A stretch of 64,000 nucleotides of DNA, taken from positions 32,001-96,000 of the forward strand of contig OZ241917.1 in NCBI GenBank assembly GCA_965203805.1, read 5' to 3'. The notes under the pieces are model-generated. The model saw only the letters and a list, made by a program, of their open reading frames with translations. It made no database searches and was not told the origin of the DNA. This DNA comes from Candidatus Latescibacterota bacterium (GTDB taxonomy: Bacteria; Latescibacterota; UBA2968; GCA-2709665). Shown in pieces: positions 21,180-30,338 of this stretch. The position numbers and the translations under genes are program-made. The stretch's first letter is position 1; each line of letters begins with the position of its first letter.

Positions 21180-21218
21180 CGGTCTCGTAACAGCGACACA
21201 TTGCGAGACCGTTTTTTG
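21180..21218 (+). terminator. intrinsic terminator
   Basis: CGGTCTCGTAA-loop-TTGCGAGACCG followed by TTTTTT. Confidence 0.75.
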
Positions 21219-21265
21219 TATCGTGCTATCGATGTATCGGGATGGGGTATTAACGTGATGCAATC

Positions 21266-22855
21266 ATGGATCTGGTGATTTCGGGCGGTACGGTGGTTGA
21301 CGGTACCGGCGCCGCTCCCGTCCCGGGCGACGTGGCGGTGGCCGACGGCCGGATCGTCGGCTTCGGACGTTTCCACCGGCCGGATGACGTCCCCTGTGTG
21401 GATGCGGCCGGGTGTTACGTTGCGCCGGGGTTTATCGATATACACAGCCATTCCGATTTCACGCTGGTCGTGGATCCGCGAGCGGTGAGTTCGGTCACTC
21501 AGGGCGTGACGCTGGAGGTGGTGGGGAACTGCGGTCACGGTTGCGCGCCCATCGTCGACCCGGACCGCGCCCGCGCGAATATCTACGGATGCAGGACCGG
21601 CCACGAGATTCAATGGCGTACTGTCGGCGAATACCTGGACGTCCTGGAAGCGCAGCGCCCGGCTGTAAACGTCGTGACACTGGTGCCCAACGGAAATCTG
21701 AGACTGGCGGTCTGCGATGCGGTGGATCGACCGTCCACGCCGGATGAACTGGCCACAATGAAACGGATGCTGGCGCAGGGAATGGAGGAAGGCGCCGCGG
21801 GGTATTCCACGGGTCTGGAATACGGCACCGAGCGGGACTGTCCCGAGAGCGAGATTTCCGACCTGTGCGCGGTCACGGCGGAATACGGCGGGATCTACGC
21901 AACCCATACCCGCAACCGGATGGGCGAGGCGGAGGAGACTGTCGCGGAGGCGATCCGTACCGCCGAATCGGCCGGCGCGCCCCTCCAGATTTCCCATATT
22001 TCATCCGTCGCGCGGCTAGCGGACGACGGCGGGTGGGCGGTCGATCGGGCCCTCGAACAGGTCGACCGTGCGCGCGGCAGCGGCCTGGACGTGCAGTTCG
22101 ACATGCACACGCGGCTCTTCGGGACAACCAATTTGAGCGCCGCGCTGCCGTCGTGGGCGCTGGAAGGACATGAGGGCGACATTGCGCGGCGCCTGCGGGA
22201 TCCGTCCGTTCGGCGGGAGATGGAACACTGTCAGAGTATCGTCTCCGCGCTGGCGCGTGGCGACTGGGGGCGGATCGTCGTCTTCCACTCACCCGTGCAG
22301 CCGGAGCTTGCGGGGAAGAGTATTGCCGAACTCTCGGCCGCCGGGACCGGCAATGCCTTCGACACCATCTGCGACATTCTGTATGCGGCGGTCGACCGAC
22401 TTCACGAAATCATGGTGATCGCGTTCAGCTATCGGGAGGCGGACGTCCGGCCGGCATTCGAACACCCGTTCTGCATGGTCGGATCCGACGCGACCGCGCT
22501 GGCCACCGACGGTCCGTTGAGGGAAGACACTTTTCACGGCGCTTACACGTGGGCATCCTGGTTCTTCCGTCATTTCGTTCGGGACCGGAAATTGTTCTCC
22601 CCACAGGAAGCCGTTCGCAGGCTGACGGCGCTTCCGGCTTCCCGGCTGGGGTTGTCCGACCGGGGCGTGATTCGCGAAGGAGCGCGTGCGGATCTGGCCG
22701 TCTTCGATCCGGATGTGTTTTCCGATCGCGGGACCACGTTCGAACCGAACCGGACGGCCGCGGGCATGCGCCACGTACTGGTAAACGGCGGCTTCGCGGT
22801 GAAGGACGGCGTCCTTACGGGCCAGCGGTCCGGACGGGTATTGCGTCGTGATTGA
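21266..22855 (+). CDS. N-acyl-D-amino-acid deacylase (D-aminoacylase)
   Basis: GGTVVDGTG, PGFIDIHSHSD, GNCG, YATHTR, QISH, VGSD, ADLAVFD. Confidence 0.92.
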   Translation: MDLVISGGTVVDGTGAAPVPGDVAVADGRIVGFGRFHRPDDVPCVDAAGCYVAPGFIDIHSHSDFTLVVDPRAVSSVTQGVTLEVVGNCGHGCAPIVDPDRARANIYGCRTGHEIQWRTVGEYLDVLEAQRPAVNVVTLVPNGNLRLAVCDAVDRPSTPDELATMKRMLAQGMEEGAAGYSTGLEYGTERDCPESEISDLCAVTAEYGGIYATHTRNRMGEAEETVAEAIRTAESAGAPLQISHISSVARLADDGGWAVDRALEQVDRARGSGLDVQFDMHTRLFGTTNLSAALPSWALEGHEGDIARRLRDPSVRREMEHCQSIVSALARGDWGRIVVFHSPVQPELAGKSIAELSAAGTGNAFDTICDILYAAVDRLHEIMVIAFSYREADVRPAFEHPFCMVGSDATALATDGPLREDTFHGAYTWASWFFRHFVRDRKLFSPQEAVRRLTALPASRLGLSDRGVIREGARADLAVFDPDVFSDRGTTFEPNRTAAGMRHVLVNGGFAVKDGVLTGQRSGRVLRRD

Positions 22856-22902
22856 TGGACTTTGGGTTCCTTGCCGCGGTTGATCGGGAAGTGAGGAGTT
22901 CC

Positions 22903-23904
22903 ATGGATCGAAACTCGATTTCAGGCCGGATCCGGTGGACGATCGGCGATGAAAACCCGGTGATCGCCCCGGGTCAGTTGCACGCGGATATGGATAGCAG
23001 GCGCGCCGGCGCCGCCCACGTACTGCAGCTTGGCGATCGCTACCGAATGTACTATTGGGGTACCGGGACGAACGGGTTTCACCGAATTCTGATTGCCGAG
23101 AGCCCTGTGGACGAGCCCAACGACTGGCAGCCCGTGGGCGTCGCGCTCAGCCGGCAGCGGGACACGGACTACAACGATCAGGGGCCGGGGTTTCCATTTG
23201 TGGTTCCGAGCGACGACGGCCCGTGGCTCCTGTACTTTTGCGGTTGGGGGAAAACCAGGGAGGACGGCAAATTGCCGAATACCACGGGCGTGGCAGTCAG
23301 CGACGACGGAGGATATCGCTTCAGTTACCCGAAACGGGAACCCGTGTTGCCGCTGGACCGGGACTGGGACCGGGAGGGTACCGGAAGCGTATGTGTCTTG
23401 CGGGTCAATGCCCGTTACCACATGTACTATACGTCTATCGGGGCCTATTTCAACCGGCCCGAGGGCGCCATAACGGGCCACGGAGACGTGATTCCACGCA
23501 TCGGCGTTGCGTACGCAGGGTCGCGGGACGGTATGGTGTGGACCAAACCCACAGATGGTCTGATGGTCGGACCAAGGGGCTTCGCCACCGAACCCTACGA
23601 GTATATCTGTTCGAAACCCTTTGTCATGCGGGAGCCCGGCGGCTACAGGATGTGGGTGAATACGTTCGGCACGGCCTATCGGATCAGGAGTCTGGTCGGA
23701 CCCGACGGGCGGGACTGGCGCTGGTGCGACAGCGGACCCGATGGCGAACTGGGGGTGGGAAACCCGGGCGCGTTCGACGACAGGCAGCGGTGCTACGTCA
23801 GCGTCGTCAGATGCGGAGACGAGTATCGATGCTGGTATACCGGAAACGGTTTCGGCGCCACGGGGATGGGTTACGCGGTGGGAGTGGTTGAAGACGAGCG
23901 ATGA
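22903..23904 (+). CDS. beta-propeller glycoside-hydrolase-like protein
   Basis: Repeated YRMYYWG/WLLYFCG/YHMYYTS/YRCWYTG blades, S.DG..W motifs, NGFG.TGMG; SD GAGGAG before ATG 22903. Confidence 0.6.
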   Translation: MDRNSISGRIRWTIGDENPVIAPGQLHADMDSRRAGAAHVLQLGDRYRMYYWGTGTNGFHRILIAESPVDEPNDWQPVGVALSRQRDTDYNDQGPGFPFVVPSDDGPWLLYFCGWGKTREDGKLPNTTGVAVSDDGGYRFSYPKREPVLPLDRDWDREGTGSVCVLRVNARYHMYYTSIGAYFNRPEGAITGHGDVIPRIGVAYAGSRDGMVWTKPTDGLMVGPRGFATEPYEYICSKPFVMREPGGYRMWVNTFGTAYRIRSLVGPDGRDWRWCDSGPDGELGVGNPGAFDDRQRCYVSVVRCGDEYRCWYTGNGFGATGMGYAVGVVEDER

Positions 23905-24002
23905 CCGTGAATCGCTCGATGCGGATCCCACGCGCAATCGTACATTGTCGAAAACGGCGTCAGCGGGCTTTCGTTCATTACAGGAGATCAGGAGTCAGGC
24001 GT

Positions 24003-24725
24003 ATGAAACTGGGCGAGTCGAAAGTACGGCAGTATGAGAGCGAAGGATATACCGCGGTTGAAGGGCTGATCTCCACCGACGAGGCCGCCGCCGTGCGGAT
24101 GCGGCTGATGGAATTGATGGAAGGGGAGCACGACTGGCCGGACCTGCATTTTCAGGTCCTGGACCCCGCGAAGTTCCGCAATTCGAAGGATAGATTCGTA
24201 CCCATCGGCGTCCAGAGGCCCGCCAGGCAGGAGGCCGTTTTCCGGGAGGTTGCCGACCACGCCAATCTGAGGCGGGCGATGTCGCAACTGCTGGGTGGGC
24301 CGGTCAAACGATTTACGGATCAGGCGCTGATCAAGAACCGCGCGATCGACGGGCAGTCGTTCTATCACCAGGACTCCTATTACTGGAAGATCGAGCCGAA
24401 GCGGGGGTGCAATGCCTGGATTGCGCTGGATGAGGTGGGGGTCGACGCCAGCGCGCTGGGCATCCTGCCCGGTTCCCACGCGGACTGGACGCTGACCGCC
24501 CACGAACGCTATTACGACGAGCCCAATTACTTCGCCGCGCGGACCGGCGAAGCGTTCACCCGCTGGCGGATTCCGACCGGGGGGGTGGACCTGTCCCGTG
24601 AAGTGGTGCTGCCGATGCGGCCCGGCGACGCGGCGTTTTTCTCCAATTATACCTGGCACCGGTCGGAGGTGAACCGGTCGGGCGAACACAAGACGGCCTA
24701 CGCGATCGCGTACCAGTTGCGGTAG
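24003..24725 (+). CDS. phytanoyl-CoA dioxygenase (PhyH) family Fe(II)/2OG oxygenase
   Basis: YESEGY, HQD, WIALD, PGSH, PGDA.FF...TWHRS..N. Confidence 0.9.
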   Translation: MKLGESKVRQYESEGYTAVEGLISTDEAAAVRMRLMELMEGEHDWPDLHFQVLDPAKFRNSKDRFVPIGVQRPARQEAVFREVADHANLRRAMSQLLGGPVKRFTDQALIKNRAIDGQSFYHQDSYYWKIEPKRGCNAWIALDEVGVDASALGILPGSHADWTLTAHERYYDEPNYFAARTGEAFTRWRIPTGGVDLSREVVLPMRPGDAAFFSNYTWHRSEVNRSGEHKTAYAIAYQLR

Positions 24726-24802
24726 ATACCCGCCGCCGGCGACGTGAGCGGCGAGGCCGGTGTACGCACGGTTGCGTCATCGAATACGGAGAGAGGGTCC
24801 GG

Positions 24803-26260
24803 ATGGTTCGAAGAACGGAACGCGCGCCCACCTCCCGCGTGCGCTATGGCTTTGCACGGGTGGATATTACGCCCCCGGTGGGGATCTACCATCGGATGTG
24901 GGGTGCGGCCAGGCACGACAGGGCAACGGGGGTTCATCGGCCGATTCTGGCCGACGTGCTGGCATTCGCGTCGGTGGACGCGCCGGGGGAAATTGCGCTG
25001 GTTCGCGCGCACCTGGACTTGGTCGGTCTGGTCGCTCAACAGTATGCGGCGCTCGTGAATGCCCTCTGCGACGCCGCGGGGGTCGGGCCGGATCGGGCAG
25101 ACGTGACGTTTTCGCACTCCCATGCCTCCGGGTGGTACGCACCGGATCGATTCGGCATGCCGGGGGGCGAACTGATACAACCGTTTTTGAACGATGTCGC
25201 AGAGAAGCTCGCGCGGGCCTGTGCGAACGCATTGGCGGATATGCGGGAGGTGCTGATTACCTATGCGGACGGGCATTGCAGCATGGCTGCAGACCGGGAT
25301 TACCGGGATGACGTGTTCGGCGGATACGTGTGCGGGTACAATCCTGAAGGCGATGGCGACGACACACTGCTGGTGGGAAGGATCTGCGACGAGGAGGGGA
25401 CGCCGGTGACGACGGTGGTGAATTACGGATGCCACCCGACGACGCTGGCCTGGGAAAATTCCCTGATCAGCCCTGATTTCGTCGGTGCGATGCGGGAGGA
25501 AGTCGAGAGGGTGACCGGGGCGCCATGCACGTTTGCGCTGGCGCCGTGCGGAGACCTGGGGCCGAAAGACGGGTTTGTTGGAGATCTCGAAACGGCCGAA
25601 AAGAACGGCCGGCAACTCGGGTTCGCGGCGCTTTCCGTCCTGATGTCCATGGGCCCGCCGGGTATGGACTTCGTATACCAGGGTCCCGTGATCTCGGGCG
25701 CCACGCTGGGCACGTGGGCGCATTCGGCATTCGGTCGGGAGCGTTTACGGGGGGTTTCTCACGTAACCGGAGGCGTCTATTCCGTGGATCTGCCGATGGT
25801 GGAACGGCCCGATCGGGAAACGCTGCAGGAAGACGTGGCGCGGTGGTCCGAGGCCCAACGGGCCGCTGACGAGGACGGGGATGACCTGAAAGCCCGGTCC
25901 TGCGGCGCCCGGGCCGAACGGGCCAGGCGCTGGCTCGCGCGGATCGCGAACCTGCCGCCGGGCGAGTCATATCCCTATCGGTTTTCGGTATACCGAATGG
26001 GAGACGCAATCTGGGTGACCTGCGGCGGGGAACCATACAGCGATCTTCAGGTCGTGTTGCGCCGGCGGTTTCCCGGGTTCGCGATTCTGGTTTCCCCGCT
26101 CGCGGGCAACGTACAGGTGGCTTACCTGTTGCGGAAAGACGCGTACGGAAAGGGGCTGTACCAGGAGGAGCCGTCGAGTCTCGCGCCGGGCTGCCTCGAA
26201 ATCCTGACCGAGGCCATCGCGGAACGAATCGACAAACTCGTTGCTTCTGATATGTCTTGA
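24803..26260 (+). CDS. neutral/alkaline ceramidase-like amidase (uncharacterised)
   Basis: GFARVDITPP, SHSH.SG, NYGCHPT, ISPDFVG, GEPY. Confidence 0.65.
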   Translation: MVRRTERAPTSRVRYGFARVDITPPVGIYHRMWGAARHDRATGVHRPILADVLAFASVDAPGEIALVRAHLDLVGLVAQQYAALVNALCDAAGVGPDRADVTFSHSHASGWYAPDRFGMPGGELIQPFLNDVAEKLARACANALADMREVLITYADGHCSMAADRDYRDDVFGGYVCGYNPEGDGDDTLLVGRICDEEGTPVTTVVNYGCHPTTLAWENSLISPDFVGAMREEVERVTGAPCTFALAPCGDLGPKDGFVGDLETAEKNGRQLGFAALSVLMSMGPPGMDFVYQGPVISGATLGTWAHSAFGRERLRGVSHVTGGVYSVDLPMVERPDRETLQEDVARWSEAQRAADEDGDDLKARSCGARAERARRWLARIANLPPGESYPYRFSVYRMGDAIWVTCGGEPYSDLQVVLRRRFPGFAILVSPLAGNVQVAYLLRKDAYGKGLYQEEPSSLAPGCLEILTEAIAERIDKLVASDMS

Positions 26261-26354
26261 CAGCCCGTTGGAAAAGTCCATCCGGGCTGCGTCCGGCCCT
26301 TGTGACCGAATGACGGCGTTGTCTGCAGAGCGACTCTTTCAACGGACTGTCAAG
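26256..26354. mobile_element. MITE-like element with 23-bp terminal inverted repeats
   Basis: Left CTTGACAGCCCGTTGGAAAAGTC vs reverse complement of right end CTTGACAGTCCGTTGAAAGAGTC (20/23); no ORF inside. Confidence 0.6.
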
Positions 26355-26367
26355 CGGAGACGTCTAT

Positions 26368-27252
26368 ATGGCGGAACTGATCTACGATGGCGGCGCCGAT
26401 ACGTATCGGTTCGAGACGGAAGCGATGTCCGGCGAGATCCGCGCGTCGGGCGACTATCACGGCGTGTGGACGCTTACGGACAAAATTACGGGCAGACAGG
26501 TGATTCATCCGAAATATTCGGCGTTGAACCTGTTCCGGCTGTTCGCGGTTCACCAGGGCCTGGATCAGCCGCGCCTGATGGAACGCGCCATTGAAGCCCG
26601 TGACAGGGCTGTTGAGGTACATTGGCCCGTTACCGAAACACACCAGGGCGCGCTGACCGCACGGTACGAGGTGATCGAGCCCAACGGGATCGATCTGACG
26701 GTGACGGTGACTTGCGAAGGGACGTATGCGGGATATGAGCTCTTCCTTTCCAACTATTTCCACAAGACACTGCGGCCGCACGTCTATCTCCACGGAAGCC
26801 GGTACGGCCGGGCGGGCACGGCACCCGAGCTTGTCGTTCCCATGGTCAACGACGTCTTTCGCGGGACCGTCGTCGTGTTTCCGCGGGACCCGCACGCCGC
26901 CCGCCGTTGCGTGGACGGGCGGTGGAACCGCAGCGAGGGCAACTCACCCACCGTGCAGATGTGTCCGGTGCGGTACTACGGGTATCCGTTCTCCTTCCTG
27001 ACGGACACCGCGAACCGGCTGGGCGTTGTGCTGATGTCGAAGGAAGCGGACTGTTATGCCATCAGTACGCGTTACCACGTGGACAACGAAGCCGATCGCA
27101 TGACGGATTACAGCGCGTTCGACTTTTCGCTGTTCGGCGACGACCTAGTGCCCGGCAGCCGACGCACGGTCCGGATGCGGCTGGTATTGACAGAGCTCGA
27201 TGAAGACATGTCCCAGCCGCTGGCGCACTATCGGGCGTTTGCGGGGGTTTGA
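26368..27252 (+). CDS. hypothetical protein (possibly beta-sandwich/mutarotase-like)
   Basis: 294-aa ORF with typical codon use, SD GGAG; no recognised motif. Confidence 0.7.
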   Translation: MAELIYDGGADTYRFETEAMSGEIRASGDYHGVWTLTDKITGRQVIHPKYSALNLFRLFAVHQGLDQPRLMERAIEARDRAVEVHWPVTETHQGALTARYEVIEPNGIDLTVTVTCEGTYAGYELFLSNYFHKTLRPHVYLHGSRYGRAGTAPELVVPMVNDVFRGTVVVFPRDPHAARRCVDGRWNRSEGNSPTVQMCPVRYYGYPFSFLTDTANRLGVVLMSKEADCYAISTRYHVDNEADRMTDYSAFDFSLFGDDLVPGSRRTVRMRLVLTELDEDMSQPLAHYRAFAGV

Positions 27253-27539
27253 CGGCGCCCGGCTGCAAAGGCATTCAGGGCACGGTTCGCCGTTGGGTCC
27301 GGCAGTACAGGCCCCAATGCGCGGGATTCAGGGTACCGAATCGATTTCGGGGTTGAATCGCGGCTGGCTTGTTCCTATTTTTACAGGATGGACGGTGTCC
27401 GGGGCGCCGCGGCATGCACTGCGCGATCCGGGTCCGCCGGTCGCGCGGAGCCCATCCGGGCGATTCAAGTGCTCGCCTGGGATTTCCACGGAGGAAAGAA
27501 CCCGTTGGCATTCGACATGGGGCTTTCGGACGAATCCGC

Positions 27540-28736
27540 ATGATGAGACGACTGAAACGGGTGTGGGTTCGGCTCGCGATGGTGGTCGGCGCTTCCGCGG
27601 CCGTGGCCGCTTGCGGAAAAACGCCTCCCACCGTCGACGACGACTTATACGAAGCGTATCCGGGGTTGCCCTACGGGATCATGATCACCCTCGCCGGCAC
27701 CGGGGACCCGGGCAGAAGTGCCGCGGGATCGGGTCCGCTTGACACGAACCTGTATTTTCCCCAGGATATGGCCGTGGGCCCCGGCGGCCGGACGTACATT
27801 CTGGACTGGAACAACAATCGGGTTGTCGTGATCGACAACGGAATCGTCCGTACCCTCATTGGCAACGGCGAACCGGGCAATGCCCGTGCGGGGCCCGCGC
27901 TGGAGACGGGGGTCGATCACCCGACCCATATTTCTTTCGATCTCCAGGGACGGCTGATTCTGTCGGCCTGGCAGAATTCCACGATCCTGAGGTATGACGC
28001 GACCTCCGGTCGCGTCGAACCGATTGCCGGGCGTGGCGACCGCGGTTTCGGGGGTGACGGCGGCCCCGCTCTCGAGGCCTCGCTGAACCTGCCGAGTTCC
28101 ACGGTATTCGACCCGGCCGGTCGCATGTATATCTCGGATCAGGGCAACCTTCGCATCCGAATGGTGGACCTTGACGGCGTGATCTCCACGATTGCGGGCA
28201 CCGGACGGGAGGGGTTTTCCGGGGACGGCGGTCCGGCCCACCTGGCCGACCTCTATGCGCCCACAGGCGACGCCGCGCACCCGGGGGGCCGGATTGCGAT
28301 GGATGGCAGGGGCAACCTTTACATCGCCGATACGTTCAACAACCGCATCCGAATGGTGGACGCCACGGGCAGGATCAGTACGGTGGCCGGCGGCGGAAGC
28401 ATCGGCCCAACCGCCGGTACGTATTCCGGAGACGGCGGCCCGGCAACTCAGGCCAGCCTTTCCCGCCCCAGCGACGTGGCCGTCGACACGGAGGGGAATC
28501 TGTATATTGCCGATACCGGCAACCACTGTATCCGAAAGGTGGATACGGAAGGGGTCATTAACACGCTTGCCGGCAGGTGCGGCGAGCCGGGATTCAAGGG
28601 CGACAGCGACCATCCCCGATGGGGCAAGCTCCGGAGTCCGTTCGGAGTGGCGCTCGACCGGGAGGAGAATCTGTACATCGCCGATACGTTCAACCACCGC
28701 ATCCGCGTGGTGTACAAGCACGTCGCCGAAAGATGA
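27540..28736 (+). CDS. NHL-repeat lipoprotein
   Basis: Lipobox VAAC; repeated GFSGDGGPA..A.L..P..VA.D..GNLYIADT.N.RIR units. Confidence 0.9.
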   Translation: MMRRLKRVWVRLAMVVGASAAVAACGKTPPTVDDDLYEAYPGLPYGIMITLAGTGDPGRSAAGSGPLDTNLYFPQDMAVGPGGRTYILDWNNNRVVVIDNGIVRTLIGNGEPGNARAGPALETGVDHPTHISFDLQGRLILSAWQNSTILRYDATSGRVEPIAGRGDRGFGGDGGPALEASLNLPSSTVFDPAGRMYISDQGNLRIRMVDLDGVISTIAGTGREGFSGDGGPAHLADLYAPTGDAAHPGGRIAMDGRGNLYIADTFNNRIRMVDATGRISTVAGGGSIGPTAGTYSGDGGPATQASLSRPSDVAVDTEGNLYIADTGNHCIRKVDTEGVINTLAGRCGEPGFKGDSDHPRWGKLRSPFGVALDREENLYIADTFNHRIRVVYKHVAER

Positions 28737-28801
28737 TCCGTCGGGCATTCGGCTGGAGAAGAGGAATCGGGGACCGGATACCGTTCTCTGAGGTTTCGAT
28801 T

Positions 28802-29302
28802 ATGGGTGGAATGCAGCTGCTCCGGATAACCGGTTTCGTACTGTCCGCGGGTCTGTGCATTTTCTTTGGTGATACCGCCGCCGCGGGCGATGGACCCGAT
28901 CCACTGCCCCGGGTGCAGGTCGTCACGCTCGAGGGAGATACGCTGAGTCTGGCCGACGTCTGCAAGGACAGGACATCCTTTGTCTATCTGTGGGCAACCT
29001 GGTGCAAGACGTGCAAAAGGGAGTTGAAGCACGTCTACAAGCTGAGGAAGAAATACGGAGACAGGGTGCAGGTCTTCGGCATCGCGTGGAAGAACAGCGC
29101 GGAGGAAATACAGACCTACTTCTCAGACAAGAAGGATTCGCTGCACAGCTATATCGATTCGGATGGCCGGGTGTTCGAAGCCTTCGAGACCCGCTTGACG
29201 CCCACGGTTGTCATCGTAAACGCCCGGGGAGAGGTCGTTTTCTCGGGGTACGGTTCGTTTCGGAAATACAGGAAAATACTTGAAAAGGCATTGAAGGGGT
29301 AG
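28802..29302 (+). CDS. TlpA-family thiol:disulfide oxidoreductase, exported
   Basis: Signal peptide; LWATWCKTC..E, TPTVVIVN..G. Confidence 0.9.
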   Translation: MGGMQLLRITGFVLSAGLCIFFGDTAAAGDGPDPLPRVQVVTLEGDTLSLADVCKDRTSFVYLWATWCKTCKRELKHVYKLRKKYGDRVQVFGIAWKNSAEEIQTYFSDKKDSLHSYIDSDGRVFEAFETRLTPTVVIVNARGEVVFSGYGSFRKYRKILEKALKG

Positions 29303-29316
29303 TCGCCGGAGGATCC

Positions 29317-30297
29317 ATGACCATGAGCCGCACGATACGTGGAATCACGTTATTTCTGTTTGCCCAACTAGTTCTTGCAACCCAGCCCGTTCAGGCGCAG
29401 CCCGGCGTGAGCTGACGCCGTCCCGTGCTCCCGGGCGGGAGAATGCTGCAGGGCAGTCTGATCACCAAAGACCTGCTGGTTCTGAGCGTGAATTACGAGT
29501 ATGAGTACCTGGGAGATGCGATGTACGGTACCGGGCCGATACCCAACATCAACCAGGAAGTGACCAGCATGTCCACAGTGTCCGTATTCGCCAGTTACGG
29601 GGTCAAGGACTGGTTCGGCGCCGCCGTGGTTCTACCGTTTCGTTCCATAACCAACGATAAAATCCTCCTTCCCGGTCAGTACGACAACCAGTATCAGGGC
29701 GGCGAATACATCCGGCATGCCGCGGGCCTCGGCGACGTCGTTCTGATGTTGAACTTTGCTCCACCACTGCCGGAATCGTTGCCAGGCCTGCTCTTTTCTG
29801 CAGGTGTCAAGCTCGCGAACGGGTCGACCCACGCGGTCGACGAATACGGCGAGCGCTTCGCCGACCTGCTGCAGGTGGGGTCAGGAAGCATGGATCCCAT
29901 TTTCTCGGTCAGTCTGTCGCGCGCATTCGACAACCTGTTTTTCAACGGTATGCTGTTCACCCGCATTATTTCCCGCGAGAATGTATACGGCTACAAATAC
30001 GGGAACGAGTTTCAGGGCATCTTTTCGATGGAGTATATGCACGGGGAAAAGCTCATTGCGGGTGTCAGCATGAACCACGTCTACACGTCGCGCGATTATT
30101 TCCAATATGGAAAGATCGCCCGAAAACGCGGCGGCACCTGGCTGTATCTTGCACCGAAGCTGGGCATACGGGCAACGGAGAATCTGAGCCTCGAGGCCCG
30201 GCTGCCGCTGCCGGTCTATCAGAACGTGAACGAAAGCCAGTTGACGTCCGACTACCAGCTCCACGTAGGCGCCACGTATCACTTTTTCGCACGCTAG
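29317..30297 (+). CDS. outer-membrane beta-barrel 'transporter'-family protein; probable selenoprotein (UGA at 29413-29415)
   Basis: SD GGAGG, ATG 29317, signal peptide ending VQA, in-frame TGA at codon 33, continuing into the 29425 ORF (GLGDV, QVGSGS.DP, YKYGN, LPVYQNVN..QL, C-terminal Y.F). Confidence 0.75.
29428..29441 (+). promoter_or_regulatory. candidate bacterial SECIS element
   Basis: CTCCC-GGGC-GGGAG hairpin; loop begins with G at position +18 after the TGA. Confidence 0.6.
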
Positions 30298-30338
30298 GGG
30301 CCGCCTCGCGTCGTTTCGGGTAGCGTCCGGAGGCTTCC

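Noticed and set aside
27253-27539. Possible riboswitch or ncRNA in the gap before the NHL gene
   Set aside because: Hairpins are present (CGCG.GATTCA...TTGAATCGCG) but there is no recognisable aptamer consensus, and such stems are common at this GC content.
27700-28720. Repeated DNA segments (e.g. TACATCGCCGATACGTTCAAC) as a CRISPR or DNA repeat array
   Set aside because: They are codons of NHL protein repeats, with no fixed repeat-spacer periodicity and no cas genes.
29425-30297. Barrel gene starting at GTG 29425, or a pseudogene call
   Set aside because: No SD or signal peptide at 29425. The intact upstream signal peptide and SECIS-like hairpin favour UGA readthrough, although a nonsense mutation is not formally excluded.
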